From contig JBGAIQ010000010.1 in assembly GCA_044225365.1 (NCBI GenBank), forward strand, positions 32,001-96,000: a stretch of 64,000 nucleotides of DNA, given 5' to 3'. Within the stretch, counting starts at the first letter, position 1. Every line of letters starts with the position of its first letter. A program made the position numbers and the translations under genes. Below, one piece after another: positions 19,333-29,374 of the stretch. The stretch is from Planctomycetota bacterium. GTDB lineage: Bacteria > Planctomycetota > B15-G4 > JADJEK01. Under the pieces are notes generated by a model, which had not been told where the DNA came from, did no database searches, and saw only the letters and a list, made by a program, of their open reading frames with translations.

Positions 19333-20969
19333 CCCCCGATCGACCCCGCCTGCGGATGAACTCGGTGCTCTCGCATCGAGTGGCGAATCGGAGCTCCGAG
19401 ATCGAGAAGCTCTCCGACGATCTCGGCGAGGCGTACGAACAACTCACGTTGATCTACAAGACGGTGCGCCACCTCGGGGCATCGTTCGAGCTCGATCCCA
19501 TCGCTCGCCAACTGGTCGACCGCGCGCTCGAGGCTGCACCCGCGACCTCCGCGGCGCTCTACCTCGCCGACGGTCGGACGAAGAACGGCTTCGAGATCGT
19601 GGCGTCGCGCGGAGTCCCCATCCCGAAACTGGCGAGCGGGTCCGTCGAACGCCTCGCGTCCGCGTCGATCCCCCAGTTCCTCTCCGGCGAACTCGCGCGG
19701 ACCGAACTCGATCCCAGCATCTCCGGTACGTGCGAGCACCTGCTCGCCGCGCCGCTCGAAGCTGGCGGGCGAACGCTCGGGCTGCTCGTGATCCTGCGCG
19801 CCGATTCGAAGCGATTCACCACGGTCGAAGCCAAGCTCCTCGGCGCGCTGTGCAACGTGACCGCGGTCGCGGTCGCGAACTGGCAGCACTATCGTGCGAT
19901 CCAGAACGAGCGCGAGATGCTCTACGGTGTCATTCGCGAGATCGGCGACGGCATCATCATCGCCAACGAGCACTGGACCGCACGCCACACCAATCAAGCC
20001 GCGCGACGCCTGCTCGGCGTGACTCGAAGCGACGAGGAATACGACGCGCTGTGGAAATTGCGCGCTTTCCGTCTCTCGGTTCCCGAGTCCGAGTTGCGCG
20101 AGGGCGCAGCAGCGACCCTGGAGTTTCGCGCGGATTCGCCCGATCCACGACGCCCGCTGTCGCTCGCCTGCCGCGTGTTCCGGGCCCAGTTCGGCGCCGC
20201 CGCGGAGCCGGTCCTCGTCCTGCAACTGCGGGACGTCACCCGCGAGCGCAGCGAGGCCGAGGCGCAGCGCGACTTCATGTCGCTCGCATCGCACAAACTG
20301 CGAACTCCCCTCACCAAGATCGAAGGCCTGTTGCCGATCCTCGGCGATCGCACCGCTTCCGCGGAGGTCGCGAGCGACGCCGTCGAAGGCGTCCACTCCG
20401 GCGCGCGCGAGCTCGCCGCGTTGATCGACGGCATCCTCGAGTTCGTCGAGTATCGACGCACCGATCACGCGCAGGAGGAGGTCGCCCTGCCACCGATCGT
20501 CGCCGATGCCATCGCACGAGTCATCGAACGGCGTGGTTGCGGCCCCGCCGTCAACGTCACCGTCGCGGACGGAGTGCCGCGAGTCCTTGGGTCCGCGCGG
20601 ATGCTCCGCCGCCTCGTCGAGAGCCTCGTCGACAACGCGATGAAATTCTCGCCGCAAGGAGCGTCTCCGATCGAGGTCCGACTCGATCCGCTGCTCGAGA
20701 AGGGCGGCGAACCCTGCGGGGTCCTGCTCGTCGTCCGCGATCACGGCGAAGGCATGACTCCCGAACTCCTGGAGCGCGCGTTCTTGCCGTTCTCCCAGCG
20801 CGATCTCGGATTCACGGGTCAGGACGATGGCGCCGGACTCGGACTGCTCCTCGCGCGCGAGATCGCGAATCGTCACGGCGGACGTCTCTACGCGACGAGC
20901 GAACTCGGCAACGGCTCGGTGTTCTTCGCCGAACTCGACGCGCGCGGTTTCGTCGGAGTCACCTCGTGA
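19329..20969 (+). CDS. cytoplasmic GAF-PAS sensor histidine kinase
   Basis: GAF ('LLAAPLEAGGRTLGLL'), PAS-like 'IGDGIIIAN', H-box 'ASHKLRTPL', 'LVDNAMKFS', 'DHGEGM', 'GAGLGL'; no TM. Confidence 0.92.
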   Translation: MTPDRPRLRMNSVLSHRVANRSSEIEKLSDDLGEAYEQLTLIYKTVRHLGASFELDPIARQLVDRALEAAPATSAALYLADGRTKNGFEIVASRGVPIPKLASGSVERLASASIPQFLSGELARTELDPSISGTCEHLLAAPLEAGGRTLGLLVILRADSKRFTTVEAKLLGALCNVTAVAVANWQHYRAIQNEREMLYGVIREIGDGIIIANEHWTARHTNQAARRLLGVTRSDEEYDALWKLRAFRLSVPESELREGAAATLEFRADSPDPRRPLSLACRVFRAQFGAAAEPVLVLQLRDVTRERSEAEAQRDFMSLASHKLRTPLTKIEGLLPILGDRTASAEVASDAVEGVHSGARELAALIDGILEFVEYRRTDHAQEEVALPPIVADAIARVIERRGCGPAVNVTVADGVPRVLGSARMLRRLVESLVDNAMKFSPQGASPIEVRLDPLLEKGGEPCGVLLVVRDHGEGMTPELLERAFLPFSQRDLGFTGQDDGAGLGLLLAREIANRHGGRLYATSELGNGSVFFAELDARGFVGVTS

Positions 20970-21451
20970 AGGAACGAGGCGAGGCCGGATTCACGCTCGT
21001 CGAGGTGCTCTTGATGATCCTGATCGGGATCATCCTCGCGGGGGCCGCGCTGCCGAACATCGGCACGCTCGCCGATCTCGAGGTCTCGGCCGACGCTCGC
21101 GTGCTGGCGGCGGACATGGAGTTCGCACGAGCGAGGGCGCTCGCGACCTCGCAACCGCACCGTTTGTCCTTCGACACCACGCTCGAGCGCTACGCCGTCG
21201 AATCGCCAGTGGGAACTCCCCTGCTCGAACCTCTCGGCAAGCAACCCTGGGTACGAATGCTCTCGCCGTCCCCCGGTGCGGGCGGGGGAACCGACATCGT
21301 CTCGGCCGATTTCGCTGGAGCGCCTCACCTCGACTTCGATCCCGCGGGGCGCCCGCTCGCGGCGGGCACGGTCGTCCTCCATCGCGGAGCGTTCTCCGCG
21401 AGCGTGAGCATCGCCGCCGTGACGGGCGAGGTCTCCCTCGAACTGCCTTGA
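20966..21451 (+). CDS. GspH/FimT-like minor prepilin
   Basis: AG|FTLVEVLLMILIGIILAG; 'LAADMEFARARA'; 'FDPAGRP'; 'AVTGEV'. Confidence 0.85.
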   Translation: MKERGEAGFTLVEVLLMILIGIILAGAALPNIGTLADLEVSADARVLAADMEFARARALATSQPHRLSFDTTLERYAVESPVGTPLLEPLGKQPWVRMLSPSPGAGGGTDIVSADFAGAPHLDFDPAGRPLAAGTVVLHRGAFSASVSIAAVTGEVSLELP

Positions 21452-21577
21452 ACTTCGCCGCGGCCAACAAGTCCGCCCCCACTGTTCACGGTCCCGGGGC
21501 GAGAGGTTACTATGGGCCGCATCGAGGCTAACCGCCTCCGACCCGCGGTGACCCTCTCGAGAGAACAGGCCCCGTCG

Positions 21578-22645
21578 ATGCAATCCCTTCCGACCCGCTC
21601 GCCTTCGCCCACCGATCGCCGATTCCACGGACTCAAGGTCGCGACCCTTGCGATGGCGACCGCGCTCCTCGGCCTCTCGGCGTGCAGTTCCCTGAACGAC
21701 GCCGAACAGACCGAGCTCGACTTGTACAAGCAGCGCAGCAAGGAGTACTACAGCGCGGGGTACTACGATCGCGCCGTCGATCAGTGCCGTCGCGGCCTCC
21801 TCATCGAGCCGGATGCCCAGACGCTTCTCCAAGTCTTGGGAATGGCGTTGCTCAAGCAAACCGATCCCGCGAACTCCTACGACCAGCGGCTCCAAGAAGC
21901 GGCGTCCTACCTCGAGCAGGCGATCGATTCGGAGGACGAGTTCGACTACCGCAATCGCACGGCGCTCGGTGAGGTGCTGACGCGCCTCGTGGCGATTCGC
22001 CTCAACATGATCGACTCGGTCGCCGCTTCGACCACGATCCCCGAGGCCGACAAGCAACAACAGCTCGCGAAGCTCCGCGAGAACGTCGACAAGCGCGCGA
22101 CGCGCGCCGCGGAAGTGCTGCGCGAAGTCCTCGATCAACCGAAGACGAAGGACAACGACTTCGCACTCTCCACGCTCGCCCGCCTCAAGAGCCAAACGCA
22201 CGAATACGCGATCGCGGACGAGTTGCTCGCTCGCCTCGATTCGGTGCTCACACGCTCGATCCATCTGCGGAGCAAGCAACTCGACATCGAGAACTGGCCC
22301 GCCGAGGTGCGCATGGCGGTGCACACCGAGATCGATCATCTGAAGCAGGTGCGCATCGACGCGCTCAAGCTCCATACCAGCGTCCTGAAGAAGCTCGGTC
22401 GCGACGAGGACGTCATCACGACCTACGGTCAGATCGAGTCCGAGATCGCGATGCAGCCCGCGGACTACTTCAACCGTGCTTCCACCCACGAGAAGCTGGG
22501 TCACGTGGATCAGGCGATCGCCGACTACGACAAGTTCATCACGCTCGCCGCGTCCGCGGGCTCGGGGCTCACCGAGTCCGTGCGCTCGGCGATGGACAAG
22601 AAGGCGGAGCTGGTCCTGAAGAAGCGCATGCCGGGCACGCCCTGA
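21578..22645 (+). CDS. TPR lipoprotein
   Basis: Lipobox LSAC; TPR helices ('[25 protein letters not shown]'); start uncertain. Confidence 0.75.
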   Translation: MQSLPTRSPSPTDRRFHGLKVATLAMATALLGLSACSSLNDAEQTELDLYKQRSKEYYSAGYYDRAVDQCRRGLLIEPDAQTLLQVLGMALLKQTDPANSYDQRLQEAASYLEQAIDSEDEFDYRNRTALGEVLTRLVAIRLNMIDSVAASTTIPEADKQQQLAKLRENVDKRATRAAEVLREVLDQPKTKDNDFALSTLARLKSQTHEYAIADELLARLDSVLTRSIHLRSKQLDIENWPAEVRMAVHTEIDHLKQVRIDALKLHTSVLKKLGRDEDVITTYGQIESEIAMQPADYFNRASTHEKLGHVDQAIADYDKFITLAASAGSGLTESVRSAMDKKAELVLKKRMPGTP

Positions 22646-23034
22646 TGACGGAAACGGCGCCGCGGCGCGAGTCGAAACGCACCTATCCGAAGCAAGCACG
22701 GGTCACCCGGCGCGCCGAGTTCGATCTTGCATTCGATCGCGGGCGGCGGGCGAGTTCGTCCGCGGCGCTGCTTCTCGCGCGACGAAACGAGTTGCCGCTC
22801 TCCCGGATCGGGATCTCGATCGGACGCAAGTTCGGCAACTCCGTCGAGCGCAACCGCGCAAAGCGCCTGCTGCGCGAGGCGTTCCGCTTCGAGCGGTCGA
22901 CCTTGCCCCCGGGATTCGACTACATCGTCGTCCCCCGCTCCGAGTTCCCCGATCATTTGGACGGTGTGCGCGCGATGCTCGTCGCGCTCATCGCGCGCGC
23001 GACGAGCGAACGTCCGGGCAAGAAGCCGACGTGA
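22645..23034 (+). CDS. rnpA: ribonuclease P protein component
   Basis: '[28 protein letters not shown]' RNR motif. Confidence 0.95.
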   Translation: MTETAPRRESKRTYPKQARVTRRAEFDLAFDRGRRASSSAALLLARRNELPLSRIGISIGRKFGNSVERNRAKRLLREAFRFERSTLPPGFDYIVVPRSEFPDHLDGVRAMLVALIARATSERPGKKPT

Positions 23035-23240
23035 AGTCCGTCCTGCTCGCGGTGATCCGTTTCTATCAGCGGGCCATCTCGCCCTGGAGCGGGCCGGTGT
23101 GCCGCTTCTCCCCGACGTGCTCGCAGTACACCCTCGAAGCGATCACGAAGTACGGCGCACTCCGCGGCGCATGGCTCGCCGTGAAGCGCATCGGCCGCTG
23201 CCACCCGTTCTCACGGGGCGGCTACGATCCGATCCCCTGA
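23031..23240 (+). CDS. yidD: membrane protein insertion efficiency factor YidD
   Basis: 'FYQRAISP...[10 protein letters not shown]...[17 protein letters not shown]'. Confidence 0.95.
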   Translation: MKSVLLAVIRFYQRAISPWSGPVCRFSPTCSQYTLEAITKYGALRGAWLAVKRIGRCHPFSRGGYDPIP

Positions 23241-23248
23241 CACCGTGC

Positions 23249-23534
23249 CGGACCGCCACGCTCCAGCGTGGCATCCATCCGCCCCGGACCGCCACGCTCC
23301 AGCGTGGCATCCGTCTCATACCCATTGCCGGGCAGAGCCCGGCGCTCCGCATACCATCGGACCGCCACGCTCCAGCGTGGCATCCATCCGCCCCGGACCG
23401 CCACGCTCCAGCGTGGCATCCATCCCATACCCATTGCCGGGCAGAGCCCGGCGCTCCGCATACCATCGGACCGCCACGCTCCAGCGTGGCATCCGTCCCC
23501 TACCCATTGCCGGGCAGAGCCCGGCGCTCCGCAT
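23249..23534. repeat. BIME-like mosaic of two REP-like hairpins (A-A-B-A-A-B-A-B)
   Basis: A = CGGACCGCCACGCTCCAGCGTGGCATCC at 23249, 23285, 23358, 23394, 23467; B = TACCCATTGCCGGGCAGAGCCCGGCGCTCCGCAT at 23319, 23428, 23501; 109-bp period; lies between convergent genes. Confidence 0.92.
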
Positions 23535-23557
23535 GGCATCTTGCCGGGGGGAGTCGG

Positions 23558-25666
23558 TTACGGCGTGCCGACCTTCTTCTTCGCGTCGGGCTTCTCCGCG
23601 CGCTGCAAGCTGAGCTGCAGGGAGAGCGTCGGGAAGATGAACTGGTAGTACTGCGACGACATCACGTAGTACCGGTAGCCCATCATCGTCTGGGCCGACT
23701 GCGGGTCGCGGCCGTTGGCGGAAGCCTGCCGTGCGGCCTGCTCGTCCTCGGGGGTCATGTCGGCGAAGGTGGGTAGCGTCTTCTCCTTCACGCGCGCGAC
23801 GTACGTCGCCTTGCCGTCGCGGTCGCGCAGCGGTTCGCTCACCTTGCCGACGTCGAGGAAGGTGATCTGGAACTGCCCCATCAGGAACTTCGCGGTTCCG
23901 GCCGGCTCGAACGCATACGCCGGGGAGCGGCTGTAGCTCTTGCGATAGGGCCCGAGCAGGTCGAGCTTGACGGCTTGCGCCTTCACCACGTCGTCGAAGG
24001 CTTCCTGCTTGTGCTCGTTGAGTACGCCGGTGATGCGCCACTCGACGGACTTCAGCTCGTCGTCGACGATCTTCTTCTTCGCGGCGTCGTCCGTGACCTT
24101 CTGCTCGGCGATCTTCTTCTCGGCGCTGGCCTTCGCCTCGTTCTGGATCTTGTCGATTTCCGCCTGCTGCTTCGGGCGCACCGCTTCACGAAGCGCGTCG
24201 CAGAAGGCCTTCGCCGCCGCGTCCGCCTGTTTCGCGGCCGTCGCCTCGACGTACGGATCGAGGATCTTGTCCTTGACCTGCGCGAGCGGGAACGGCTTCG
24301 GATCGACCTTCTCGACGACGTGCGCGACGTAGCCGTAGGCCTTCGATTCGTCGGGCGTGAAGGGGATCACGCCGTCCTTGGCGACGAACTCGAGATCGTG
24401 CTTCAGCGCCTCGCTGCCGATTCGGGGCAACTTGACGAGGTCGTCCCACTTCGTGACGGGCGAGGCTTCGATGTACTCCATGCCGAATTGCGTCGCGACG
24501 TCCTTGAGGACGTTCTCCTCGACCACGGGAGTCGTGGTGTTCGGCGTGACGCCCGGCTTGCCCGCGTCGGCCTTCTTCTTCGCGGCCTCGGCGATGCGCC
24601 GATTGCTCTCCGCGAGCACGCGCTGCACGACGCGTTCCACGAGGATCTCCTTCTCGAGTTCGGCCTTCACCTCCTCGAGCGGGCGATACTTCGGGGCTTC
24701 CTTCTCTTCGGGCTTCTTCTCGTCGGCTTTGTCGCCAGCCTTCTCGTCTGCCTTCTTGTCGTCGGGCTTCGACGGATCGGCCTTCGTCCCATCGTCCTTC
24801 TTGGCCGGATCGGCGGGCGCGGCGGGGAGCTTGTACTTCGTCTCCTTGCGCGCGTTGTACAAGGATTCGATCTCGTCGGCATCGACCACGCGCTCCTGCT
24901 CGTTGAGGGCGGCGCGCATCTTCTCGACGTCGGCCTTCGCCACATCGAGCCACGCCGCATCGACCGCGAACTCGGGCGGCGAGGAGAACTCACGCTGCTT
25001 GCGGATCGAGTCGAACTCCGTGTCGAAGTACTTCTGGAGGTCCTCGTCCTTGATCTGCGACCGGTCGATCTTCGCCGCGAAGTCCGCGTCACGGAACGAG
25101 GCGTACTCGACCGTGTACATCGCGTTGTCGTCCTGGAAGCGCTTGAACACGTCCTCGCTGCGCACGCGCGGCCCGTCGAAATACAGGTTGCAGTAGATCT
25201 TGGTGCGCAGGATCCGCTTCTGGAGCGATTCCCACTCCGAGGCCGAGAGTCCGGTCTGCAGCAGCATGCTCTTGTAGAACTCGTCGCGCTTGTCGGCCGG
25301 GATCGAGTACTGATCGAACATCGCCGTCAGCGATTCGGTCAGCATCTGGTCGCTGACCTGGATCCCCATCTCGTTCGCGAGGGCGTCGAGCATCAGGAAC
25401 GTCCACTGGGCGTCGTCGTCCTTGTACTCCTCACGCGCGATGCGCGCGAGTTTCATCGACTCGATGCGCAGGTCCTCCTGCGTGACCGTGATCTTGCGAC
25501 CCGACGGCGTGACGAACGAACCCGCGACCTCGGCGCCCGGCTCCTTCTCGCGGAAGAACGCGTAGATCGCGCCGGTCACCGAGAAGGTGAACATCGTGAA
25601 GACGGTGACGATGCCGTAGAACCACTTCGCGGCTTGCTTGTTCTGGCGGAAGAAACGGAAGACCAT
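23558..25666 (-). CDS. SurA-N/PpiD-like membrane-anchored periplasmic chaperone
   Basis: 'MVFRFFRQNKQ..' plus TM, 'LANEMGIQVSDQ', 'YRPLEEVKAEL', 'VGKVSEPL'; PpiD-like architecture. Confidence 0.65.
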   Translation of the reverse strand: MVFRFFRQNKQAAKWFYGIVTVFTMFTFSVTGAIYAFFREKEPGAEVAGSFVTPSGRKITVTQEDLRIESMKLARIAREEYKDDDAQWTFLMLDALANEMGIQVSDQMLTESLTAMFDQYSIPADKRDEFYKSMLLQTGLSASEWESLQKRILRTKIYCNLYFDGPRVRSEDVFKRFQDDNAMYTVEYASFRDADFAAKIDRSQIKDEDLQKYFDTEFDSIRKQREFSSPPEFAVDAAWLDVAKADVEKMRAALNEQERVVDADEIESLYNARKETKYKLPAAPADPAKKDDGTKADPSKPDDKKADEKAGDKADEKKPEEKEAPKYRPLEEVKAELEKEILVERVVQRVLAESNRRIAEAAKKKADAGKPGVTPNTTTPVVEENVLKDVATQFGMEYIEASPVTKWDDLVKLPRIGSEALKHDLEFVAKDGVIPFTPDESKAYGYVAHVVEKVDPKPFPLAQVKDKILDPYVEATAAKQADAAAKAFCDALREAVRPKQQAEIDKIQNEAKASAEKKIAEQKVTDDAAKKKIVDDELKSVEWRITGVLNEHKQEAFDDVVKAQAVKLDLLGPYRKSYSRSPAYAFEPAGTAKFLMGQFQITFLDVGKVSEPLRDRDGKATYVARVKEKTLPTFADMTPEDEQAARQASANGRDPQSAQTMMGYRYYVMSSQYYQFIFPTLSLQLSLQRAEKPDAKKKVGTP

Positions 25667-25696
25667 GTTTGACTCTTCACCCTGGCCGCAGCCAGG

Positions 25697-26551
25697 TCAG
25701 GGCGCTTTCAGATCCTCGACTCGCGGCAAGTCCTCGAGCGATGCGAGGCCGAAATGATCGAGGAATCGTTTCGACGTGCCGTATTGGATGGGACGACCCG
25801 GGAGCTCGGAGCGACCGACGGCCCGGATCAATTTGCGTTCGGTGAGACTCTTCAGGATCGCGCCGCTCTGAACGCCGCGGATCGAGTCGAGCTCGGCGCG
25901 CGTGATCGGTTGGCGATAGGCGACGATCGCGAGCGTCTCGAGCGCCGAGGCGGAGAGCTTCTCCGGCGGCTTCACCTTCTCGAGGCGGGCGACGATCCCT
26001 TCGTGCTCGGGACGGGTGTAGAGCTTGAATCCGCCCGCGATGTCGCGGATGTCGAACGCACGACCGGTCGCGGCGTATTCCTCGCGCAGCCGCTCGGCCG
26101 CGCTCTTCACGCGACGCTGCGGGATCTCGAGCGCCTGCGCGATGCGCGCGGGAGTCAGCGGCTCGGAGGAAGCGAACAGCATCGCTTCGATCGCGATCTC
26201 GACCTCACGGTCGGTAAGTTCTCTCGCAATGACTTCGGGCGCGCCGACCCCCGGCTCGCCTTCGCTCGCCCCGGGCGCGGCGACTGCCTCGTCGCCCGCG
26301 GTAGGAGACGCGTGGTCGTCCTCGAAGTCCTTGGCGTCGACCTCGATCTCGGCCCCGCCATCCTCCGAAGCGCTTGCTGGGACCTCCGGCACTTCCAACT
26401 CACCGGGCTCAGCGGACTGCGGCGTCTCCGCGGGGCTCTCGGCCGCACGCGACTTCCGTTTCGAACGGCGCGACGGAGCCTTGCCCTCCGGGGCGTTTGC
26501 CGACGCCTCGGGGATGCTCTGCGATTCGGTTTCGTTCTCGCTTGCGGTCAT
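25697..26551 (-). CDS. scpB: SMC-Scp complex subunit ScpB
   Basis: 'IEAMLFAS', 'LSASALETLAIVAYRQPITRAELDSIRGV', 'GRPIQYGTS..FLDHFGL'; long acidic N-terminal extension. Confidence 0.95.
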   Translation of the reverse strand: MTASENETESQSIPEASANAPEGKAPSRRSKRKSRAAESPAETPQSAEPGELEVPEVPASASEDGGAEIEVDAKDFEDDHASPTAGDEAVAAPGASEGEPGVGAPEVIARELTDREVEIAIEAMLFASSEPLTPARIAQALEIPQRRVKSAAERLREEYAATGRAFDIRDIAGGFKLYTRPEHEGIVARLEKVKPPEKLSASALETLAIVAYRQPITRAELDSIRGVQSGAILKSLTERKLIRAVGRSELPGRPIQYGTSKRFLDHFGLASLEDLPRVEDLKAP

Positions 26552-26649
26552 GTCGCCCTATGCAGCGCGGCCATGCTACGCGTCACGCGGGGTCACGCGT
26601 TCGACGCGCTGCCAGAAAGGGTGGACGGTAACACGGGGAGCCGCACGCT

Positions 26650-27645
26650 TCAACGGCCGAGCCGGACATCGATCTTGTAGCGGGTGCGGACTTCTTCGTC
26701 CCAGGTCAGCAGTTCGAAGACGTCGATCTCCGACTTCTCGAACTCGGCGTCGATCTGATCGGCGACCGCCGCGTAGGGCTCCCGCGATGCCGGGAAGCGC
26801 TTCTCGAGCTTGGCGATCCAGTACACCGATTTCTTGCCCTGCTCGTCGTGACCGATCCCCGAAATCTCGCCTTCCTTCAACTGCGAGCCGACGCGGATCA
26901 ACTCGTTGCCCCCCGAACTCGTGGGCACCGGCGGCATGAGACCGAAGTTCGGCGCGGTGTGCTCGTCGACCGACTCGGCCTTCGCGAGCGCGCCGAAGTT
27001 CGCACCGTCCTTCAGCTTCTCGAGGAGGTCCTTCGCCTTCTGCAGTTCGTACACGAAGATGCATCGCAACTGGATACGCTCGAATCGCATCGCGGAGTAT
27101 CGCACCACCCGTTCGAGCAGGAGATTCTCCAGCGCGACGTCGCGCAGGATCGCGCGGTATTCGGCCGGCGAGGTACCGAAGTTGTCCTTCATGTACTTCG
27201 CGAAGTCGAGGCCGTGGAACTTGAGACCGAACGCGTCCTGCTGCTTCTTGATGTAGGCGTCGACGCCCGCCTCGAGGACCTTCTCCTTCACGAAGACCTC
27301 GAGCGCGATCGCTTCGCGCCGCACGAGTTCGCGACGAATCGTCTGCTCGAGCGCGCCGAACAACGCCTCGGGATCCTGGAGGAAGAGCGGTGCGAGCACC
27401 TCGCGTGCGGAGATCTCGCGCATCGCTCCGACCGGCAGCGCGACTCCCAAGGGATGGACCGGCTCCACGGTGGCGAGGATGCCGTCGGAGGGCAATCCAC
27501 GAACATCGGAGAGCAACGCGCTCGGACCCACTGCGCCGGTGGGCGGCGAGCTCGCGCCCTGCACGAAACCACGGGCGTAGAGCGAAGTCCTTGGAAACGC
27601 GAGCCAGGCCGCGAGCGAGCCGGTGAGGAGATCGCGTCGGTTCAT
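26650..27645 (-). CDS. Tat-signal parvulin/PrsA-like foldase
   Basis: MNRRDLL twin-arginine signal; 'KLKDGANFGALAKAESVD', 'LKEGEIS' rotamase-like motifs. Confidence 0.7.
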   Translation of the reverse strand: MNRRDLLTGSLAAWLAFPRTSLYARGFVQGASSPPTGAVGPSALLSDVRGLPSDGILATVEPVHPLGVALPVGAMREISAREVLAPLFLQDPEALFGALEQTIRRELVRREAIALEVFVKEKVLEAGVDAYIKKQQDAFGLKFHGLDFAKYMKDNFGTSPAEYRAILRDVALENLLLERVVRYSAMRFERIQLRCIFVYELQKAKDLLEKLKDGANFGALAKAESVDEHTAPNFGLMPPVPTSSGGNELIRVGSQLKEGEISGIGHDEQGKKSVYWIAKLEKRFPASREPYAAVADQIDAEFEKSEIDVFELLTWDEEVRTRYKIDVRLGR

Positions 27646-29336
27646 TTGATGTGGACGATCCGGTCGAACGTGAGCTTCTTGCAGCGGGTGCACGGGACCT
27701 TCGTCTCACCGAGCGTTCCGCCCTTCTTCGTCTGGGCGCCGCTCGTCAAGAACTCACGAATACCCTGGCCACCGCACTCCGAGCAGTCCTTGGAGGTGAC
27801 GCGCTCGACGATGATGATGCCTTTCTTCCCGTCGTACTGCGCGTGCTCACCGAAGAACGCGAAGAGGAAGCTCGCGCGATCCGTCGTCGTCGCGGTCTTG
27901 TACCAGTCCTCGGGAGTCGGCGGCACGTCCGCGAGGTCGCTCCCGCTGAGGGTCTTCTGCTTCGCGTTCTTCTTCTTCGCGTTGTCCTCGCGCTCCTTCA
28001 ACTTCTTCTGGATCTGCTGTTCGAGCGTGAGGGGTTTGCCGGAATCGCCCTTGGCCTTCTCGCTATCACCCCCCTGCTTCGGATCGTCCTTCTCGCCCTT
28101 GATCAGCCCCTTGCGCGCGAGTTCAGCGCCGAGGATGAAGGTGCCGCCACCGTAGGAGACCGGCGTCGCCGAGCCGTACTTGCCGCGCTCCTGCCAGAGC
28201 TTGAACGCTTCGGCCTCGTCCTTGATGCCCTTGCGCTTCGTCAGGATCTTCAGCGCCTCGCCGAACGCGACCTGCTCGGCCCAGTTCATCGCGGGACCGA
28301 GCTCGACCTCGGCGTCGAGCGCCTTCTTGATGCACAGCTCGCGCACGATCGGGAGGAAGTCCGATCGGATCTGGTTCAGGAGGTCTTCCTTGAACGCGAT
28401 GTTGAGGTTCTTCTGCTCCTTCTGCACCTCGGCGAGGAAGGCGGACGCCGGCCACTTCTTCATGAAGTCGTCGACGAGCTTGAGCGAACCCGCGAAGTCC
28501 TTCTGCAGGCGAAGCGCGCGGATGCGGCGGAGCTGTTCCGCGGCGTCGCTCTCCTTCGCCTTCGCGTCGAGGATCTTCTTGCGCTGCTCGATCACGTCCT
28601 TCTTCGCGAAGTTCGCATCGGTCTTGAGCGCGCTCTCGAAACACTCCTTCGCCTGATCGTAGAGCGTGAGCGCCTCGGCCTTGAGGCCGAGGTTGTAGTA
28701 GTCCACGGCCTCCTTCGGCGGCTGCTCGCGTCGAACCTGCTCGAAAGCTTCCGCGGGGCTGAGCACCTCGAGCGCATCGACGACCACGTTCTCCCGCGAC
28801 AGGATCGATTCGAAGGGAATCGTCGTCGGCACGCCCTTCTTGAACAGGACGTAGCCGTTCGCCTGGCGACCGCCGTCGATCCCCACTATGTCGCGATTGC
28901 CGGTGCAGTGCAGCATCAAGGCGCGAACCGTGATCGGCGGCGCGTCGTCCCCCACGAAGCCGTAGAGTCGTTTGATCGCGTCGACGTCCTCCGGGATGAT
29001 CTGATCCCAGCGCAGCGCGAGCGAGCCGCCGTTGTCGTCGCGGACGAGCTTCACGCCGTTCGCCTCGTCGAAGCCGCCCTCCTCGATCACGCCCGAGACC
29101 TCGGTGCCGTTCGCGAGGTGGAGGATGATCGCCTTCTGCGGCGTCGAGCCGAGCGAACTGCCGGAGGCGCCCCCGTCGTCGACGAGCGTCGCCGCTCGGG
29201 CGTCCTTCGCCACCCCGAGCACGAGCGATGCCCCAAGCGTTGCCCCAAGCGTTGCGAAGAAGGCCGCGCACGCGAGGCCGACCCGCAGGCCGGAGCCCAT
29301 GCGAACGAGCGTGGATTCGATTCGTGAGGTCATCAT
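27642..29336 (-). CDS. exported TPR protein with C-terminal CxxC...CxxC motif
   Basis: Long hydrophobic N-terminus; TPR-like 'YYNLGLKA..LYDQAKECF'; 'CSECGGQG...CTRC'; start uncertain. Confidence 0.7.
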   Translation of the reverse strand: MMTSRIESTLVRMGSGLRVGLACAAFFATLGATLGASLVLGVAKDARAATLVDDGGASGSSLGSTPQKAIILHLANGTEVSGVIEEGGFDEANGVKLVRDDNGGSLALRWDQIIPEDVDAIKRLYGFVGDDAPPITVRALMLHCTGNRDIVGIDGGRQANGYVLFKKGVPTTIPFESILSRENVVVDALEVLSPAEAFEQVRREQPPKEAVDYYNLGLKAEALTLYDQAKECFESALKTDANFAKKDVIEQRKKILDAKAKESDAAEQLRRIRALRLQKDFAGSLKLVDDFMKKWPASAFLAEVQKEQKNLNIAFKEDLLNQIRSDFLPIVRELCIKKALDAEVELGPAMNWAEQVAFGEALKILTKRKGIKDEAEAFKLWQERGKYGSATPVSYGGGTFILGAELARKGLIKGEKDDPKQGGDSEKAKGDSGKPLTLEQQIQKKLKEREDNAKKKNAKQKTLSGSDLADVPPTPEDWYKTATTTDRASFLFAFFGEHAQYDGKKGIIIVERVTSKDCSECGGQGIREFLTSGAQTKKGGTLGETKVPCTRCKKLTFDRIVHIK

Positions 29337-29374
29337 GGTCGCTTCTCCTTCGAGAGGGAGCCTCTGCACTCTAC

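Noticed and set aside
23249-23534. CRISPR array
   Set aside because: Intervening sequences are themselves repeated or only ~8 nt, there are no unique spacers and no cas genes; fits a REP mosaic.
23143-24041. Overlapping repetitive ORFs (PDRHAPAWH / MPRWSVAV)
   Set aside because: Translations of the palindromic repeats in several frames; no coding signal.
29231-29254. 12-bp tandem duplication (also ~39022-39045)
   Set aside because: In-frame coding micro-duplications (TLGA, DPKA) in low-complexity segments; no evidence of function.
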